From a virus (taxonomy: Duplodnaviria; Caudoviricetes): a stretch of DNA of 39,242 bases. How positions within the stretch are numbered: the stretch's first letter is position 1; every line of letters starts with the position of its first letter. The stretch is from positions 1-39,242 of the IMG/VR virus record IMGVR_UViG_3300016471_000088; one strand, written 5' to 3'. The notes under the pieces were generated by a model. That model was not told the DNA's origin. It worked only from the letters and a program-made list of their open reading frames with translations, and did not search any database. A program made the position numbers and the translations under genes. This document shows, piece after piece, positions 1 to 10,200 of this stretch.

Positions 1-1121
1 CCGGAAACTTCTAAAAACGCTGCCGAACCTCCGTTGCGTTCCATGTGAAGCCCATGGAAAGTTGCACCTCTACACTGCTTGATCTCTATAGCTGCGGCAG
101 GCTCGTCCGTAAAAGTGCTAATGCTGCCGCCAAACCATTGAAAATCAACGATGTCCATTGAGCCGGACATCCCAAGTACCAAGCGGCAGGCAAGCATTTG
201 AACGTTGAACATCCTGCAGTCTTGGGCTCTATCAGCAAGAACCCCTATTTGGCCGACACCATTGCCATAAATGTTCACGTCTCGAAGGATGGCGTGATCA
301 CACCTTCCGGGATTGTTAGCTGCGATGCCAAGAATAATGGCTGCAGTTGATGGAAAAACGGTGGGGCGTATGTTAACCCGTTCGATAAAAAAATGATCAG
401 TAAGCCCTACACGCACAAAGGCTGTGCACGTCCCGGTATTCTCAAAATCAAGAAAGCGGATTCCGCTGTTTCGGCAGTCAGTATCAACGTCAACAGCTAA
501 TGAGGCTCCGCCGGTCCATTTCAGGACAGTTGGCGCGTTGGTCTGGCCAGCAAGACTTTCCCCTGCGCCAACCAGTGAAACACCTTTGTTCGCGCCAGAA
601 AGGGATAGGGTTTGATTAAAGCAATAAATACCTGGCGGAAAATAAACAGTTCCGCCCCTTCCTGCTAGCACCGCAGTGATTGCTGCCTGGATTGCGGCAG
701 TGTCATTGATCACGCCATCACCGACAGCGCCATAGTCTTTTACGCTTACAAAATCTTTTAGTTTGCTATCTATTGTTCGAGCTACAGCACCTGCGCCGCT
801 TTGCGTGAATGAAAGTTTGCTGGCAACGATGCCAGCGTTGGCGTTTATGTCGGCGTTGACAATGCTTGCAGTGCCCGCCGGGATCAGGCCAAGGTTGGTT
901 GTGTCCAACAGCCCGATCGTGATCCAGGCGTTGTTTGAGCTGTTGCGCTGCTTCAACGTCGCCGGGCTGGTGCTTGTGTCTACCCAATACTGATAAGCGT
1001 ATGTGGTGCTGGGAGCCGACGCGCCACTATTGTTGCTGACGATCGCCGCCAGCGCGTTGTTCAGGTCAGCACGGAACGCCTGACCGGACTGGTTGGCGAT
1101 GTTGTAGTCGTGCTGAGCCAT
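1..1121 (-). CDS. Tailspike / receptor-binding fibre, 5' part (continues across the window end into 39242..38654; 569 aa in total)
   Basis: Not in the ORF track; translated by hand. ATG at 1121 overlaps the J stop (TGATG). Reads MAQHDYNIANQSGQAFRADLNNALAAI (fibre anchor), then VSVKDYGAVGDGVINDTAAIQAAI...GGTVYFPPGIY (pectate-lyase-3/beta-helix start). Open to position 1. Confidence 0.85.
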   Translation of the reverse strand, partial: MAQHDYNIANQSGQAFRADLNNALAAIVSNNSGASAPSTTYAYQYWVDTSTSPATLKQRNSSNNAWITIGLLDTTNLGLIPAGTASIVNADINANAGIVASKLSFTQSGAGAVARTIDSKLKDFVSVKDYGAVGDGVINDTAAIQAAITAVLAGRGGTVYFPPGIYCFNQTLSLSGANKGVSLVGAGESLAGQTNAPTVLKWTGGASLAVDVDTDCRNSGIRFLDFENTGTCTAFVRVGLTDHFFIERVNIRPTVFPSTAAIILGIAANNPGRCDHAILRDVNIYGNGVGQIGVLADRAQDCRMFNVQMLACRLVLGMSGSMDIVDFQWFGGSISTFTDEPAAAIEIKQCRGATFHGLHMERNGGSAAFLEVS

Positions 1122-4100
1122 CAGACGATCTCCCTGCCGTAGCCGATTGCAGTGTAGGTGAACTGGCGGCTCACGGCCGTGCCGCCACTGTTCCTAAAGG
1201 TTACCTGGAAACCCGTGCGCGTCACGGTGCCGATCGTGAAGTAGTCAGCGGTGCCCATGTTGTAGCCCGTCACTCCGATGCTAGGGGTTTGGTAAAAGGC
1301 CTCGGCAAAGGTCACCGAGTAGGTGCTTGCGCCACTGGTCAACGAAGCCGACTGCTCAATTCGCTGCTGCAGCTCCACCACGCAGCCCAGCTCATCGATC
1401 AAGATGTTGACCGCCGGGTCGGTGCTGGTGGCGATGGTTTTGAACTGGAAGCCGCGGCCGCGCACGATCGCGTTGGCAAACTCGCGCCATGCGCTCCAGG
1501 TGGGGGTGCCAGCCGGGTTGTCAGGCGTGGTGCGTACGTAGAGCCTGGCGTTCACCTGGTCGAGGTTGTTTTCGTCAATCTCGGTCCACTCATCGATCAG
1601 CGCCGTTTTTTCATCCCACAGACCAGCTGGCAGGTAAGGCCGAGTGACGAAGCGGCGCTGCATGTTCACGTCGAAGACGCCGCCCATGTCGAGCGTCGAT
1701 CCGAACTCGTATTCGCCCTCAGGCAGCACCCCACCAACGCTGTCGATTGATGCCAAGCCATCCCAGTTGCCGGCCTCGCCTTGGTTCAGTAGCGGGTCGC
1801 CGTCCTGCAGCAACAGGTTGTCGCCGTCTTCAAGCGCCAGCGTGTCATTGCCAGCGCCAGGCGGTGCCATGTCATCGACAAACACGCCCGTGCTGATCAC
1901 CAGGCCATCCAGTCCGGCGTCGTAGAACATGTCGATGACGTTGCCCGAAAACGGCGGCGTCTCTTGATCTTCCGCGTAGGTCTGCACCAGCAGCCGTGGC
2001 AGCGGCGTGGGCAGATCGGCCACGATCAACGTGGCGTTGAGCGACCGACGGCCGCCGTCATCCTCAAATTTGAGCAGATAGGTGCCCTCGAGCAGCGGCA
2101 CCTGTTTCTGAGTTTGGTTGCCGGAAGCAGCCGGCACGATCTCAATGCTGTCTTCCCACACTGCGCTTACCAGCACGGGCGTGTGGCGGATTAGCACCTT
2201 GCCGCCGATCTTCACGTCGAGCTCGGTAGAGGCCTCCCAGCTGAGAACAGCGCTGGCCTGATCAATCGGCACCAGCGAGATGCCGGTCACATCCGCCGGC
2301 CGCGCCGTCTTGCCCAGCACGTTGAAGGTCAGCCGAGCCGGCAACACGGAAGATCGCAAACCGGAGTTGATGCTGTAGACCTCGATCTCGTAAAGGCCGA
2401 TCGTGGTGTTAAGGATCTCGTAATCGAGCCGCTGGATGGTCTCCTGCTTCCAGTTGCCGTTTGCCTCTCGCCAGCGCACTCGATACTGGTTCACGCCGGT
2501 CACAGCCTGCCAACTGAGCCCCAGCTTGGAAAGCACGCGGCCGTTGTTTTCGTAAAGCGTCTCGACGCCTTGCAGGTTGCTCGGCGCATCAGGGATCACG
2601 TTGAGGTTTGTGATGTCCCGTTGCTCAAGTGCGACGCCGCGTTCGATGTAGTCGTACTTGCTGGCGTTGTAGGCCAGCGCCGTGATCGCGTATTGCGCCT
2701 GCTCCTGCTCGCTGACGCTCAGCACCCGCCAGGTCGAGGTCTGGATGTCGCTGGTCTGATAGATCCATACGCTGTTCGCGTTCGGCGCTGCGCTGAATGG
2801 CACCGCCACGGTGATGACGCCGCCGGCAATGCTGTTCACGCCGCGGGTTTCAACCGTGCCGTCAGGCAGGATCACCGACACCTCAGCAGCCGCGCCAAGT
2901 GTGAGCCCAGTGGCATCGTCCACCGTGATTGTGGTGGTGGTAGCCGCCGAGATCCGCCCGCCGCGGCGTTGGCCGGCGCGCATCGGATCCGCCACGGAAA
3001 TGATCTGACCGGGACGCACCAGCACGCCAGCGTCGATCGATGCGGTGAAACTGATCACCTCCGCTTCGTTCTGCTCGGAATACAACAGCCACTCGCCAAG
3101 CCGGTGCGCCTGGCCGCGGCTGGTGCAGGCAAAAGCCGAAATTTCGCGGGTGATCACGCCGTACTTCGCGATCGCCGCCTGGTCCTCGACCACCTCGTAG
3201 TCGATGTCGCGCTTGTCGAGGTTCAACCAGCTCACCACCGCCACAGTCGGGCGGTTCTTGAGGCTGCCGCCTTGATAGCTGAAGCCCTCCTCGGAGACGT
3301 TCGCCAGCGTGAATAGGTAGGCCGGGTCCGCTGGCTTGTCTTGGCTGACCGTCAGCGCGCCGGTGCTCCAGTACGGCATGGCACGGAACACCGAGCACAT
3401 GTCGTTGATCAGCTTGTAGGCCTCCTCCTGCGTCTGAATGTTGACGTTGCAGCTGAACCGCGGCTCAAAACCGCCAAAACCGTCAGGCACCAGCGCCGAG
3501 GCGTACTGGCTGGCGGCATAGAACGCCCATTTGTCCAGTTGCGCGGCCTGGATGTGATCGCCGAACCCGTAGCGGGTGGAGGTGAGTAGATCCCAGAGGA
3601 TCCAGCAGGGGTCCGTGGTCCACTGCGCTGCGCCAAACGTGCCGCCCCACACGCCGGCGTAGATCAACCGCCCGGTGGTTGAGTCCACCGTGGCGTTGTT
3701 GGGGATGCGCACCTTGATCCCGCGCACCAGATAGGAGCGGCTCGGGATGCTTGAGAACTGCTCGGCATCGACCCGTAGCGCCACCAGCGCGCTGTTGGGA
3801 TAGCGCAGCTTGGCGTAGGTGATCTCGGTGTAGCTCGACCAGCTGAAAGCGTTCTGGATTTTGGCGCTGCCGCTGTCGAGAGAGGTGCGCATCACCTGCA
3901 CATCGATCGGATAAGCGCCGGAGAAATTGATCAAGTAGTCGCGTTGGAACTGATCGCCGCTGCGGCCAGAAACAACGTCGTAGACCACCGTGGTGTAGCC
4001 GCCACCGTTGTATTGCACCTGGATCGCCAGGCCAAATTCCGATCCGGTAATGTCGCCGTTGTTTTGGAACGCTTGTAGCGCAGGCACGGTGATGGTCACC

Positions 4101-4927
4101 CGCGCAGCGTTGACCGTGGTGGAGGTGATGCTGCGGACAATCGGCGTGCCGTATTGCACCTGCACGTTCACCGGCTTTTCGTTTTCAACGTCAGCCGTCA
4201 GCGGGATGTAGCTCTGGTTTTGCGTGCCGTTGCGGGTGACAACGGTGACGTTCTTGAAGTTGTAGGAGCCGTCTGCGTTCTGCAGCGGCGTGTTGTCCAC
4301 ATAGATCGACCTCAGGCCATCCTTCAGGCCTTCAATCTCGCCCTCGCTGATCAGATCAAGCAGCGTGGCATATTGCGTCGAGTTGAGCGTGTCGCCCGCT
4401 TCTGTCGGCGTGTATGTGGTGCCGCCGCCGCCACCGCCCTTGCCGCCGCCTCCTCCACCGCCGCCTGCTCCAGCAATACCCAGGCCGAGGCCAGCGTTGT
4501 GAACGCGAATCCCGCCGGCGATGAAGGTGTGATGCCCTTCAACGGTCAGGTTGTAGACCGTGCCACGGCCGTGATCAAGACGCTCGATAATCGGCCGCAG
4601 GTGGCCGTTCTCGTCTACCAAGCAGTCGTCGCCGCCCAGCGTGCCGATTTCAACGAAGGCGTTGAACTGGTTCAGCACCCAGTGGTTTGGCGTGGCGTCG
4701 AGCACTGCGCCGCCCCACAGGCGGTAACGCACCACGCGCTCGCCTTCGTGAACGTGAACCTTCAGGATCTTGGCGTGATGCAGCTCGCCCTGGTCGTCAA
4801 AGCTGACCACCAGATCGCCAGGCTGCAGCGTCTCGATCGCCCGCAGGCCGTCAGGCGTGCGCACCAGCGTGTGCCCCAGAAAGCAGCCGCCACCACCGCC
4901 GCCACCAGCGCCAGAAATCCTGCTCAT
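1121..4927 (-). CDS. Tail tip / host-specificity protein (lambda gpJ-like) with N-terminal Hint domain
   Basis: 1268 aa. LLDLISEGEIEGL, YPNSALVALRVDAEQF, WTTDPCWILWDLLT, EPRFSCN, CTSRGQAHRLGEW, FN3-like C-terminal half; follows gpI/K/L/M. Confidence 0.93.
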   Translation of the reverse strand: MSRISGAGGGGGGGCFLGHTLVRTPDGLRAIETLQPGDLVVSFDDQGELHHAKILKVHVHEGERVVRYRLWGGAVLDATPNHWVLNQFNAFVEIGTLGGDDCLVDENGHLRPIIERLDHGRGTVYNLTVEGHHTFIAGGIRVHNAGLGLGIAGAGGGGGGGGKGGGGGGTTYTPTEAGDTLNSTQYATLLDLISEGEIEGLKDGLRSIYVDNTPLQNADGSYNFKNVTVVTRNGTQNQSYIPLTADVENEKPVNVQVQYGTPIVRSITSTTVNAARVTITVPALQAFQNNGDITGSEFGLAIQVQYNGGGYTTVVYDVVSGRSGDQFQRDYLINFSGAYPIDVQVMRTSLDSGSAKIQNAFSWSSYTEITYAKLRYPNSALVALRVDAEQFSSIPSRSYLVRGIKVRIPNNATVDSTTGRLIYAGVWGGTFGAAQWTTDPCWILWDLLTSTRYGFGDHIQAAQLDKWAFYAASQYASALVPDGFGGFEPRFSCNVNIQTQEEAYKLINDMCSVFRAMPYWSTGALTVSQDKPADPAYLFTLANVSEEGFSYQGGSLKNRPTVAVVSWLNLDKRDIDYEVVEDQAAIAKYGVITREISAFACTSRGQAHRLGEWLLYSEQNEAEVISFTASIDAGVLVRPGQIISVADPMRAGQRRGGRISAATTTTITVDDATGLTLGAAAEVSVILPDGTVETRGVNSIAGGVITVAVPFSAAPNANSVWIYQTSDIQTSTWRVLSVSEQEQAQYAITALAYNASKYDYIERGVALEQRDITNLNVIPDAPSNLQGVETLYENNGRVLSKLGLSWQAVTGVNQYRVRWREANGNWKQETIQRLDYEILNTTIGLYEIEVYSINSGLRSSVLPARLTFNVLGKTARPADVTGISLVPIDQASAVLSWEASTELDVKIGGKVLIRHTPVLVSAVWEDSIEIVPAASGNQTQKQVPLLEGTYLLKFEDDGGRRSLNATLIVADLPTPLPRLLVQTYAEDQETPPFSGNVIDMFYDAGLDGLVISTGVFVDDMAPPGAGNDTLALEDGDNLLLQDGDPLLNQGEAGNWDGLASIDSVGGVLPEGEYEFGSTLDMGGVFDVNMQRRFVTRPYLPAGLWDEKTALIDEWTEIDENNLDQVNARLYVRTTPDNPAGTPTWSAWREFANAIVRGRGFQFKTIATSTDPAVNILIDELGCVVELQQRIEQSASLTSGASTYSVTFAEAFYQTPSIGVTGYNMGTADYFTIGTVTRTGFQVTFRNSGGTAVSRQFTYTAIGYGREIV
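4496..4885 (-). other. Hint (intein/BIL-like) domain, residues 15-144 of J, no endonuclease
   Basis: Block A CFLGHTLVRTPDG, block B TPNH, block F/G VYNLTVEGHHTFIAGGIRVHN; the next residue is Ala. Confidence 0.92.
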
Positions 4928-5517
4928 GTCTGCACCGTATCAACGCCGACGGAGATCACCACAGAGCCCACCAGCGTCTCGCCGTAGACGATCGGCACCG
5001 GCACACCCGCACGACTGGTCTGCTGGATGCCGCTGAAGCTGTAGGACTTGCGGGGATCTTTTTCCGTATTCGACATGCTCGGCTGATTTATTGTCGGCAC
5101 CGGCGTGAGCAGCTGCGCCACGCCGCCAAGCACCAAGCTGGCTCCGATGCCGAAGGCAATTGAGCTACCAAAGGCACCGGCAACGCCAAGACCAGCAAAT
5201 GCACCAGCGCCGAAACTGACGATCGACAGCGCGATCAACGCCACGCCGGCAATGATTCGCCCCACTGCGCCTGCGCCTGCCACCACCGGAATGATCTTGA
5301 TCTCCTGCTGGCCGGCCGGATCGTGCAGCTCACCCTCGGCCAGGTCGTAACCGCCCACGCTCACGCGATAGTGCTGGTCAGCCATGTGCCGTTCGAGCTG
5401 CGGGAAATTGACCAGCAAAAAGCGCACAGCCTCGGCGGCGGTGCTCACCTCGGCCTCAAACTTCCGGCGCTTCAGAAACTTTGCCAAGCGCCCATAGATG
5501 CGGATCGTGCGCAACAT
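4924..5517 (-). CDS. Tail assembly protein I (ubiquitin-like N-domain)
   Basis: [13 protein letters not shown]...IKIIPVVAGAG, Gly/hydrophobic segment, SYSFSG...GVPVPIVYGETLVGSVVIS; lies between K and J. Confidence 0.92.
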   Translation of the reverse strand: MLRTIRIYGRLAKFLKRRKFEAEVSTAAEAVRFLLVNFPQLERHMADQHYRVSVGGYDLAEGELHDPAGQQEIKIIPVVAGAGAVGRIIAGVALIALSIVSFGAGAFAGLGVAGAFGSSIAFGIGASLVLGGVAQLLTPVPTINQPSMSNTEKDPRKSYSFSGIQQTSRAGVPVPIVYGETLVGSVVISVGVDTVQT

Positions 5518-6239
5518 CAGCCGAGCTCGAGCCTCCCTGCATCGTAATGGCGAAGCCGCCGGCCGGTCTGCTTCATCAGCCAGCCGCCGTAGAGATCACG
5601 GCTGCTCAGTCGTCCGCGGATGTGATGCAGCACCAACTGGTCGCCGATGTAGATGCCGACGTGGTTGAGCCCTGGTCCGCTGATGCTCATCAGCAGCGCG
5701 TCGCCCGGCTTGAGCGGCTCATCCTCCTCGAGCTCACGGAAACCGGCGTCTTTCCAGTAGCGGTCAAACAACGGATCGGCCTCGAATAGTTCTGGCGTCA
5801 GCGGTCGTTCCCAGTCCGGCAATTGCAAGCCATGCTCGCCGTACCAGTCGCGCGCCAGGGTCCAGCAGTCGGTGAGCCCCCAAACCCACTCGCGGCCGAT
5901 CAACGGCGCGCGGTAACCCGTTGGGATCAGCTTGGCGCTCCAGGTTTCGGTCTTGGGGTTGACGATGTACCAAGGCAGGTCGCTGCGCTCGATCGCCAGC
6001 AGATCGGCCTGGCTCGGTTCTGGCGGCGTGACCGGGTGGCTGTGAAACACCGCCAGGATCTCGCCGGCATCTTCGGCCGCGGCGTAGTCGTCCGGGTTGA
6101 GGATGAACTGCTCGACGCCGGCCGACAGGTTGCGGCACGGCCAGTAGCGGCGTCTGCCCTTGACCACCACCACCAAGCCGCAGGCTTCGCGCGGATCTTC
6201 CGCCTTGGCGTGCTCCAGGGCTGCGTCGCGCCAGGTCAT
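5517..6239 (-). CDS. Tail assembly protein K (JAB/MPN + NlpC/P60)
   Basis: Start trimmed to MTWRD (ATGA overlap with the L stop). JAB motifs EACG and HSHP-x7-S-x2-D-like [15 protein letters not shown]; NlpC motifs DCW and NHVGIY...HH. Confidence 0.93.
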   Translation of the reverse strand: MTWRDAALEHAKAEDPREACGLVVVVKGRRRYWPCRNLSAGVEQFILNPDDYAAAEDAGEILAVFHSHPVTPPEPSQADLLAIERSDLPWYIVNPKTETWSAKLIPTGYRAPLIGREWVWGLTDCWTLARDWYGEHGLQLPDWERPLTPELFEADPLFDRYWKDAGFRELEEDEPLKPGDALLMSISGPGLNHVGIYIGDQLVLHHIRGRLSSRDLYGGWLMKQTGRRLRHYDAGRLELG

Positions 6240-6958
6240 ACGAAGTAGGTCCCGATGCCGACATAGGAGCCAAACGGCAGCTCCGCCGTGCTGCCGAACC
6301 GTGCTTTGCAGCTGCTCAGCTTCTTGCCGCACACGTCAGCGGCCAGCGTAGGCACTGCCACGTCGTTCTCATCAAAGTAGTTGCTGCCGGTGTAGCCGCA
6401 CTCGGTTGAGCGGTACTCCCACTGGCAGATGTTGCCGATGCACTGGCGCTTGGGCGCACGCACGCCAGCAAGGTCAAACGCCGCGGCCAGCTCAAACTCC
6501 ACAACGTCGCGGGTTTCAACCGTCTTGCGATCGACGTAATAAATCTCGCGCGGAAACTCGGCGGTCGGGTCCGGGCTGCCGTAGGGGTTGACGCTGCCGG
6601 GAAAGTTCACAGCGTCGAGGTATCGCGCCAGTGTGCGGATGCGCGTAAACTTCGCGCCCTCAAGCCCTGCTGGCAGGCTTAGCAGCAGCGCGGTGATGGT
6701 GCCGAGGATGTTGCTCACCCGCACCTTTGGCCGCGGCAGCTGACCATTGCCCTCATAGGAGAAACCATCAGCCTCCACCGGGAACCGCAGGTAATTGTTG
6801 CCAGCCCAGACCACCTCGCCGTTGCTGTTGAGGTTTGCGCCGGCGTGGAAGCGGTAGGTCTCGTTGACGCCATGCAGAGCCGTGTTCAGCTCCAGCTCAA
6901 ACAGTTCGATGACAGCGCTCGGGGCAATCGCCTGAAGGTCTGAGACGGGAATCGTCAC
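6236..6958 (-). CDS. Minor tail protein L
   Basis: [39 protein letters not shown]-terminal Cys cluster (CQWEY..ECGY..DVCGK..SCKARF). Confidence 0.93.
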   Translation of the reverse strand: MTIPVSDLQAIAPSAVIELFELELNTALHGVNETYRFHAGANLNSNGEVVWAGNNYLRFPVEADGFSYEGNGQLPRPKVRVSNILGTITALLLSLPAGLEGAKFTRIRTLARYLDAVNFPGSVNPYGSPDPTAEFPREIYYVDRKTVETRDVVEFELAAAFDLAGVRAPKRQCIGNICQWEYRSTECGYTGSNYFDENDVAVPTLAADVCGKKLSSCKARFGSTAELPFGSYVGIGTYFV

Positions 6959-7290
6959 GGCTCAAACACCTCGCGGAAGGTTGCCCTGATTTGGTTATTG
7001 TTGCAGTTGCTCAGCGTCACCTGCCACTCCTCGCACACGTATTTGCCAGCGCTGCCACGTGGCGGGGTCCAATCAAACGATTCAACGCCGCCGCGCGCAT
7101 CGAGAAACGCAGTGATCTGATCGCGCTCAGTGTCGTCGCGGTTGGAGAACACCAAACTCCATTCCTTCGGATCGGTGTTAAGCCCAAAGCGCACGCGCTG
7201 CTCATAGCCGTCGCCGGCTTGAAACTTGCGCACCCGAGGCTTGCTGCTCTCGGTTGCCTCAAAACTGGGGGTGTAGGTGAAGGTCGCCAT
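6955..7290 (-). CDS. Minor tail protein M (distal tail)
   Basis: [38 protein letters not shown]; directly after the tape measure. Confidence 0.92.
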   Translation of the reverse strand: MATFTYTPSFEATESSKPRVRKFQAGDGYEQRVRFGLNTDPKEWSLVFSNRDDTERDQITAFLDARGGVESFDWTPPRGSAGKYVCEEWQVTLSNCNNNQIRATFREVFEP

Positions 7291-7293
7291 CGA

Positions 7294-10200
7294 TTAAGCC
7301 GCGATCAAGCCGCCAGGGCGCTTCTGCTTGATCAATTCTGCCTGCACCGCCTGGGCAACCACACGCGCCAGCTGCTCGCCTCTGCCGCCGTCGCCCTGCA
7401 CGCTGGTGCCCTTGGCGTCCACGCTCACGTTGATCACCGGATTGCCGCCTGCGCCGCCCTGCATTGCCACCGGGATGCGCCGGCCGTCAGGCAGGGGCAC
7501 AAAGGCCTCAGGCATCGAGCCCTCGCCAAACATCGCCAGCTGCGGGCTGGATGCGATCCCACCGCCGGCGTACTTGCGCAGCGGCAGCGGACCGTCGGCG
7601 GTCATGATGCCGCCATCGGCAAAGCCAAACGCGCTGGTGATGCCCTTCACGATCGGCGCGACCACCAAGGTCTGCGCAAGCTGGCGCGCGATGTCTTTTA
7701 GTACACCAGCCGCAATTTGCTGCAGGCTCTGCCCCCAGTTGTCGGTGCCTTCAATCAGCAGATCGATCGCGCCGCCGATGCCGTTGCCAATCGAGTTGGC
7801 GATGCCTTCGACCACCTGCTTTTTCTGCTCATAGGCCGTCTGCAGCTGCTCGAGCTGTTGCTGCTCGGCGGTCAGCCCGGCCACCACCTCGCCTTGCTTG
7901 GCCACGCGCTGATCGATGCTGGAGATCATGCCGTCGAGCGCCGCCTTCTGCTGATCGCTCAGGCCGGTGATCTGGCGATCCTCCACCAGCTGCGCGCGCA
8001 GCGTGGTCAGTTTGGCCGTCTCCGCCATCGCAGCGTTCTCTGCATCCACGCGCTGCTTGGCCAGTTCAGGGCTCAGGCCGGAACGCTGCAGCTCCACGAT
8101 CCGCTGGTAGTCGCGCAGCTGGTCGCTCACCGAGCGTTTCTGGCTGTCGAGCTCGCTGGTGACGTTGCCGAGCTCGGACTGACGGGATGCAATCAGATCG
8201 CCCAGGGCTGCAGTCGTCCCAGCCCCGCGGTTGGCGGCGATCGCCGCACTCAGTCGTTGCCCTGCAGCCGCCACGCCAGGCAAGCCTGGAATCGCGCTGG
8301 CAGCAGCAGCGCCGCCACCGGCACCGGCACCGGCACCGGCACCGGCACCGGCACCGGCAGCCATAGCAGCCGGCAGGTAATTCTTGTAAGCGCCGGAGCG
8401 GTACACCGACCACGCGCCAAAACCCTGGCTTTGGAACACCCGACGCGCGGCGTTGGCGTTGGTTGCCGGGTCAAACAGCGCTTCATTGCTGTTGATGCCG
8501 AACGCACGCCGGCGCTGCGGTCCCATGCCGCCCAGCATGTTGATCTGCCACAAGCCGTAGGACAGGTCGCCCGTGCGCGGGTTGTTGTTCAGCGCGCCGG
8601 TGCGGCCTCTGGACTCGGCCATGGCGATCGCCGCCATAGTGGCCGCGTCCTGCCCCTTGAAGCCCGCCTGACGCGCCAGCCCAACCAGTTTGCCCACGCC
8701 CAACGATCCGCCCGGCACAAAGCCCGCTGCATCCGATCCACCGCCCAGCTCGCTGGCGGCCTGCTTAGCGCCGCCCACCATCTTCTGCGCCATCTTGTCG
8801 GCGGCATCCTGCAGGATCTCGCTGATGCCACGCGCCACGTTCAGCTTGTAGTCCTCGATCGTGCGCTCGAGCTGCACCTTTTTGTCGGTGGCGTTCTGCT
8901 CGATCTGGATTTTCTGCTCGGTGAAACGCCGGGTGGCGTCGTTCAGCCGCTGCTGCAGATCCAACGCGTCGGTGCTGAGCCCGTTGGCGCGTAGCCGCAA
9001 CCGCTCGCGCTCGGTCTGGAAGTCAGCCTCCTGAGCTGCAATCCGCCGGCGTGCTTCTGACGTGTTGCGTTCCAGCTGCAGGCGCTGGTCGCCCAGATCG
9101 CGCTCGAGCTCGGCAGCGCGCTGGATTGTCTGCTCGCGAAAATCACGCAGCTTCAGCTCGGTGGCTTCGCGGATCTTCAGCTCCTCGGCCAGGCCAGCCC
9201 GCGCACGCGCCTGCTGCCGTTCCAGCTCGGCTGCCCGTTGCGCCGCCGTTTGCGCTGCGTTGGGGCGATCCGTTGCGCCACTTGCAGCGCGCTCGCGCTG
9301 GAACTGCTGGAACAGTTGCTCCTGCCGCTGCTGGAAGAAAGACTGCTTGCCGCCCAGGTCGAACAGCCCAAACCGGCTGCCGGCCTCCGCCGAGGCCTGA
9401 TCACGTGCGCGAACGCGGTCCTGGATGATCGCTTCCGCGCCCTTGTCGCCGCTTAAGGCGTTGAGCACGTTGGCCACGTCGCGCAGACCAAACGCAAAGG
9501 CCTTCACGGTCGCCAGCGCCGTCGGTCCAAAGATCCGGCTCAGCGATTTGCCGACGCCTTCAGCCGCGTTTTGCAGATCCTTCAGCGCCTGCGCTCCGGT
9601 GTCGAACTGCGCGTTGAGCTCATCGAGCTTCTCGCCCTTGAGCCGCGCCAGGGCGCGCAGCACCACGTCGGTGGTGATCTTGCCCTCCTCGCCGAGCTTT
9701 TTCAGCTCGCCGATGCTCACGCCCAGCTCCTTGGCGATCGCCTGCCCCACCGCCGGCGCTTGCTCGCGGATCGAGCGCAGTTCATCACCCTGCAGCACGC
9801 CAGCGCCCAGCGCCTGCTTCAGCTGCACCAGCGCGTTGCTGGTCTCCTCCGCCGTAGCGCCACTGGCGCGCGCAGCAGCCGAGAACCCGATGTAGGCGTC
9901 CTCCACCTCCTTCAGCGTCACGCCGGTGGGGCGCAGCGCCGCGTAGAGCTTGGAAAACGCATTCTCAGCCTCGGTCTGGCTGATGCGCAGCGTCTGCGCG
10001 ATCCGTGCCGATGCCGCCTGCGCCTGGTTGTATTCGCCGAACTGATCGGTGAGCGCCTTGAGCCGCACGCGCGCGCTCTCGGCCTGTAGTCCCACCTGCA
10101 CGGTGCCGCGCACCGCATCCATCGCCCCGCTGGTGGCCATGGTGGTGAGCGAGCCAGCCACGCCGCCGGCAAAGCCGGCCAGGAGCGCACCGCCGCGCGT

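Noticed and set aside
4496-4885. Canonical mobile intein with homing endonuclease
   Set aside because: Only 130 aa, no LAGLIDADG/HNH insert, and +1 is Ala rather than Cys/Ser/Thr.
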